Assembly (NCBI GenBank): GCA_012295275.1
Contig: CM022671.1
Location: forward strand, 32,488,001-32,552,000
From: Chrysomallon squamiferum
Lineage: Eukaryota > Animalia > Mollusca
DNA length: 64,000 nt
Reading direction: 5' to 3'
The notes under the pieces were generated by a model. That model saw only the letters and a list, made by a program, of their open reading frames with translations. It had not been told where the DNA came from and did not search any database. Within the stretch, counting starts at the first letter, position 1, and each line of letters opens with the position of its first letter. The translations under genes were made by a program, and so were the position numbers. Shown piece by piece: positions 58,929-64,000 of the stretch.

Positions 58929-61900
58929 GTCCTAATTAATGAATATTCAACAACACTTCACATATTTTAGTTTTAATGCCATTCACATTATTTTATAGAA
59001 GTATTACATGAAAGAGTGGCCAGGCCTGTTCACATATCTGATTTCATTTTCTAAAATTAAAATGTAACACAACTGACAAGCTGCAAGCATTAATATTAAA
59101 ATATGCTGAGGAACTGATCACTGTATGAAACACACTGGAACAGTCTTCTCTTTTTATTGATGTGGCTGCATATTTACCATTTCGTGCTGAATTCTAATGT
59201 GTTGTTTTGTGTTTTTTTTCATTTCAGAACCTACAACAAAATACGACCACACAGGAAAGACAGCCTACATTGAAGCATGCAAGCTGATTGGTGTCATCCC
59301 TGCCTCTTATTTCCTGCGACACATGCACGACTCAACCTTGATGATGAAACATCATGGACTAGGGGCTCCTGGAATGAAAGCTATAGCTATGTCACTTGTT
59401 GTGAGTGTCTGTCTGTCTGTCTGTCTGAGTTCCTTCCTGACTGTAAAACGTATATGAGCCATTGGAATGAAAGCTGTAGTTAAGTCACTTGTCATAGGGT
59501 CATGTTTACCTATCTGTCTTTCTCTAAAACTGAATTGTAAATCTTGGAATGAAAGATACAGATGTGTCACATGTTATGAGGTCTGTTTTCTCTCTGTTTT
59601 TCAGTAATTTAATACAGGAGCCCATGTAATGAATGCTAAGGTTATATCACTTGTATAAGTCTTATGTCTGTTTGTGAAATAGAACAAGAGCCTTGCAGTA
59701 AAAGCTGTGTCTATAAAATACTATAGTAGCCCTTTGAAATGAAAGCTGTAGTTATACTGTGTGTGTTATATCTGTAAAATAGTGTAGTAGCCATTTGAAA
59801 TGAAAGCTCTAGCTATACTGTGTGTGTTATATCTGTAAAATAGTGTAGTAGCCATTTGAAATGAAAGCTCTAGCTATACTGTGTGTGTTATATCTGTAAA
59901 ATAGTGTAGTAGCCATTTGAAATGAAAGCTCTAGCTATACTGTGTGTGTTATATCTGTAAAATAGTGTAGTAGCCATTTGAAATGAAAGCTGTAGCTATC
60001 CTGTGTGTTATGTCTGTAAAATAGTGTAGTAGCCATTTGAAATGAAAGCTCTAGCTATACTGTGTGTGTTATATCTGTAAAATAGTGTAGTAGCCATTTG
60101 AAATGAAAGCTGTAGCTGTGTTGTGTGTGTTATATCTGTAAAATAGTATAGGAGCCCTTTGAATTGAAAGCTGTAGTTATACTGTGTGTGTTATGTCTGT
60201 AAAATAGTATAGTAGCCCTTTGAAATGAAAGCTGTAGTTATACTGTGTGTGTTATGTCTGTAAAATAGTATAGTAGCCATTTGAAATGAAAGCTGTAGTT
60301 ATACTGTGTGTGTTATATCTGTAAAATACTATAGTAGCCCTTTGAAATGAAAGCTGTAGCTATGTTGTGTGTGTTATATCTGTAAAATACTATAGTAGCC
60401 CTTTGAAATGAAAGCTGTAGCTGTGTTGTGTGTGTTATATCTGTAAAATAGTATAGTAGCCCTTTGAAATGAAAGCTGTAGCTGTGTTGTGTGTGTTATA
60501 TCTGTAAAATACTATAGTAGCCCTTTGAAATGAAAGCTGTAGCTATATTGTGTGTGTTATATCTGTAAAATAGTATAGTAGCCCTTTGAAATGAAAGCTG
60601 TAGCTATCCTGTGTGTGTTATATCTGTAAAATAGTATAGGAGCCCTTTGAAATGAAAGCTGTAGCTATGTTGTGTGTTATATCTGTAAAATACTATAGTA
60701 GCCCTTTGAAATGAAAGCTGTAGCTGTGTTGTGTGTTATATCTGTAAAATAGTGTAGTAGCCCTTTGAAATGAAAGCTGTAGCTATACTGTGTGTGTTAT
60801 ATCTGTAAAATACTATAGTAGCCCTTTGAAATGAAAGCTGTAGTTATACTGTGTGTGTTATATCTGTAAAATAGTATAGGAGCCCTTTGAAATGAAAGCT
60901 GTAGTTATACTGTGTGTGTTATATCTGTAAAATAGTATAGTAGCTCTTTAAAATGAAAGCTGTAGTTATACTGTGTGTGTTATATCTGTAAAATAGTATA
61001 GTAGCTCTTTGAAATGAAAGCTGTAGTTATACTGTGTGTTATATCTGTAAAATAGTATAGTAGCTCTTTAAAATGAAAGCTACAGCTATGTTATGTGTTA
61101 TGTCTGTAAAATAGTATAGGAGCCCTTTGAAATGAAAACTGTAGCCATGTCACTTTTTATGAGCATCATATCTATGTTATGGTATAAGAGGTCTGGAAAT
61201 GCATGTTAAGCCATGTTGCTTTAGTGAGCATAAATGTTTGTCTGTCTGTTGGGACAATTGTAGAAGTAGTTGATAACCAAGAATCATACTCGACCAATAA
61301 AAATTATAATCAAAGTTTTGACTGCTGTAACTACATGTTAAACCAATATGACAACTTAATCTCCCAAATAAATGCAGAGCTTCTTTATTAAAGGTATTTA
61401 ATATATTGAAAATAGTAGCTCTCTCTTTGTCAAATGTAATTTTCTTTTATGCACATAAAAAAGCAACCACAATTAATTTGGAAGATGGAATGAATACATG
61501 GCATGAATACATTTAGAAATTATTGTTAAAAAAATAAATAAATAATCAGAAGAACAAATATTTATCATTTGTAAAATATTACCTTACATTTTAGAATAAT
61601 TATACTGAATGTTTTTTTCAAGTTAATGTGTTTGATGTTATATATCACAGATTATTAAAATAATAATAATAAATAAATAAATAAAAAAGTATATCATAGA
61701 AAATAATTTTTTGTATATTGAAGGTAATATTATAGTTCACTGAAAACAAAAAAGAATTAATTTTGAAAATAGTGTATATAAAATGGGTTTTAAAATTAAT
61801 TAGTGTAATATTATATCTGAGCTGAATTTTTAAAATATTATATTTCACTGAAAACAAAATACATATTATAAAGAATGAGTTTTCAAAAAGATGTGTGTAT

Positions 61901-63519
61901 GTGTGTGTTCTTTTTTATATCATTGGTGTGAAAAAAAAATGCAAAAAATAAATTTTGGAAATGACATCTGTATACTTTAGTTGCATAGTTATATATAAGG
62001 GAAAAGTTTACAAGTAATTGCATACTGTTATGTTCTGACAAATACTTCCAAAATAATCTTAATAAAAAATGTAAATTTAATTTGTATAATATGATAGCAT
62101 TTGGAAAGAATGCAGATAACATATTTAACTGTATTTTCCAACTAAATATTAAAAATTAACATTACGAAGAAATTTAAAAGTAATTTGTCTAATATAGATG
62201 CTAAAAAAATGTATGGGAATTTGTTTTAAATTTGAAATCTGTATTATGTTATATTTAAATTGAACATAACAAAATAACTTTAATAAAGAATTTAAACATA
62301 ATTCATATAATAAAATACTCTAGATGAACGTAATATGTGGACTGAAATTTTTAAAATTATGTTTTGATGTGTATTATATTGCAGTCAAATACCAAGGTTT
62401 TGACACTGAATCTTCAGGACAACTGGCTGGGCACTGAAGGAGGACTGGCTGCTTGTGAAATGCTCAAAGACAACTGTTTCATCACTGATCTGGTGAATTT
62501 TAATACTTGAACTCTCTGGTGTTTTTTATCTCAGCTGTTAATAAAATAAGTACAATAGTGGTAAACTGATCAGTGCTGAAATGTTAGAAAAATAAATCGT
62601 TATTTGATTTTTATCAGATGTATTTGAAAAAAAAAAAAACATTCCCTTTATATATCTGTTATATTTTGGCAAAATGACATCAGTAACTGACAAATGTCAC
62701 ATTTGGGGATTAGGTATTATCATTGTTATGTTGTTTTTCATTTCTTAGAAATTAGTTGGGGTTTTTTAAGGTAGAAAATTATTGTTATTTTTTAAATTTA
62801 TTATAGTTTTATTAGATATTTCCAATCAAGGTACTATTTTTGTTTATTTATTTATCTATCTATTATTATTATTATTATTATTAATAGTAGTAGTAGTAGT
62901 AGTAGTAGTAATATTTTAGCTTTTATTTATTAACTTTTTAAAACTATTTTGTTATTATATATTTTTCTCTATTAGAGTATCACTGAACATACATTTACTG
63001 AATACTTCTTTGTTTTGTCAAGGATCTGTCAGACAACAGACTGGGAATTGAAGTTGCTGAAGCATTTTGTCACATAATTACCCACAACGACACCTTACAA
63101 AGAGTCACACTTGCAGGTTAGTACATTCGACCTTTCATACAGTCATCCCTCCATCCATCCATCCATCCATCCATCCATCTAAAATTACCTTAGACCAAAA
63201 CATTATTATTTGTATGGAGATACATTTACAGACAGGTAGATATACATATAGAGAGAGATGGATGGATGAATATATAACATAAATTTTATAGGTTTATTAA
63301 TTATTATTTTTGGTTAATTTTCAGGTAAAAATACAAAATATGAAAAACATTCAGGCAAAAACAAGGATCTAATTGTATTCAAAAATTAAGTAATGTTATG
63401 ATTTGTTTTTATTTTTATGTTAGTCGAAACAAACAAAAAGATGATACAGAAATTTTCTTCTAATTATAGGAAATGAATTTGATGATAAAGCAGCAGTGTT
63501 CTTTGCAGATGCTTTGTTA
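36544..63519 (+). CDS. LRRC74A: Leucine-rich repeat-containing protein 74A/B-like; first 6 exons, gene continues beyond the window
   Basis: Exons: 36544-37113, 58631-58817, 59228-59400, 62385-62492, 63023-63116, 63470-63519; phases are consistent. Motifs FDTDLE and YIEACKLIGVIPASYFLR...HHGLGAPGMKAIAMSL are followed by RI-like LRRs (LNLQDNWLG, LDLSDNRLG, LAGNEFDD). Joining the 36.5-kb disordered exon to exon 2 is inferred from phase 0 and continuous Ser/Arg-rich sequence. A versus B orthology is not resolvable here. Confidence 0.85.
39878..39891. promoter_or_regulatory. Near-consensus RFX X-box GTTGCCATGGAAAT in LRRC74 intron 1
   Basis: 12 of 14 positions match the GTTGCCATGGCAAC palindrome, inside a cilia-associated gene. 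Confidence 0.5.
42837..43180. repeat. 33-bp minisatellite, about 10 copies (agggtaaaagttattatacagaatgctgaaccc)
   Basis: Directly visible tandem array; explains the stop-free 11-aa-repeat ORFs on both strands. Confidence 0.95.
47675..48220. repeat. About 55-62-bp minisatellite, about 9 copies (gtctgagtgtgaacatacatgcatgtatgaaaggattgtg(tg)n)
   Basis: Visible tandem array with a variable internal (TG)n tract; explains the overlapping ORFs at 47580-48263. Confidence 0.93.
49609..49922. mobile_element. MITE-like element (about 314 bp) with imperfect terminal inverted repeats, flanked by TA (Tc1/mariner/pogo-type)
   Basis: Left end caggtaccagaccaattatctgaactccttaaa versus reverse complement of the right end aggtactggaccaattatttggtgtcctgaaa. 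TA lies at 49607-49608 and 49923-49924. No ORF. Confidence 0.7.
50765..50867. repeat. 21-bp minisatellite, about 5 copies (cagtgtgaagatctagtcacc)
   Basis: Directly visible tandem array. Confidence 0.92.
52915..53395. repeat. Tandem duplication (about 230-250 bp, 2 copies) of TG/TATG-rich low-complexity sequence
   Basis: The anchors gcaaaagtttgagtgtatg, cctatctgtgaaggtg and gtggatttactta each recur. Confidence 0.8.
54400..54600. repeat. (TATG)n-type imperfect microsatellite
   Basis: Visible tetranucleotide run; source of the MYVC-repeat ORFs. Confidence 0.9.
59720..61150. repeat. About 60-bp minisatellite, about 23 copies (agtagccctttgaaatgaaagctgtagctatactgtgtgtgttatatctgtaaaatagtat), in LRRC74 intron 3
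   Basis: Directly visible array. The unit core gaaatgaaagctgtagctat matches the 3' end of the preceding exon (ggaatgaaagctatagctat). Confidence 0.95.
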
Positions 63520-64000
63520 GTAAGTTGACTGAGATCAGCAGTTTGATAATGTGCTTAAAGAAAATAAAATTCAATACTTTAAAAGTGTAACCAGACGCTG
63601 GTTTTAATTAATCATCAAAGCTGCATTTGTCAGTGTAAATAATAGGAAGGTTTCAGTACAACGAGAAAAACATTAATGTCAATCCACAAGATATAATCTA
63701 TATTTTAAAGCATGACACAATAGTATCAAATTGCTGATCTTATTTTTTTAATGTATTTTTAACTGAAACGGAATTTGTTTGTTTTGAGTCAAGAAAGTTT
63801 AATGTGTGCATAATATGGTATTAACAACTAGTATAAATTCCTTTTAGATCTTTCCACATAAAGCCTTGAAACAAAAATCAAAATATTTTAATTTTTTTAA
63901 AATAAAATCAACCTTTCCTAATGATGAAGTGTATGACATAAGCATCTCATTGTGGATATTGTTATAACAGCCCTGCAAAGAAGAAGGAATGAATGGTGGT

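Noticed and set aside
59720-61150. CRISPR-like regular array
   Set aside because: Units are contiguous with no unique spacers, the context is a eukaryotic intron, and there are no cas genes.

Overview
AT-rich, microsatellite-rich animal genomic DNA with spliced GT-AG genes. It is not prokaryotic, and most short ORFs in the supplied track are low-complexity artefacts. Gene content and decayed SINE-like fragments suggest an invertebrate, probably a gastropod mollusc (inference). Manually spliced genes, in order: PPM1E/F-like PP2C phosphatase (-, 7 exons, 3' end runs off the window); RAD51C (+, 7 coding exons, head-to-head with PPM1E); CFAP119/CCDC189 (-, 9 exons); an unrecognised 302-aa type-I membrane protein (+, 4 exons); a head-to-head pair of small, divergent, probably secreted paralogues (29.1-32.4 kb - and 33.2-34.3 kb +); and the 5' part of an LRRC74-like gene (+) with a 21.5-kb first intron. 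The most interesting signal is the paralogue pair, which the ORF track largely misses. The two genes share intron phases and a K-x-G...A...F-x-S-x-K-P-x-x-V...K-x-G-x-x-G core. From memory, this resembles small RNase-type C-terminal domains of bacterial polymorphic toxins, so it is a candidate domesticated toxin-fold family (unverified). Also present: an exon-seeded minisatellite, an inverted copy of a CFAP119 exon, RFX X-boxes, candidate alternative first exons and a TA-flanked MITE.
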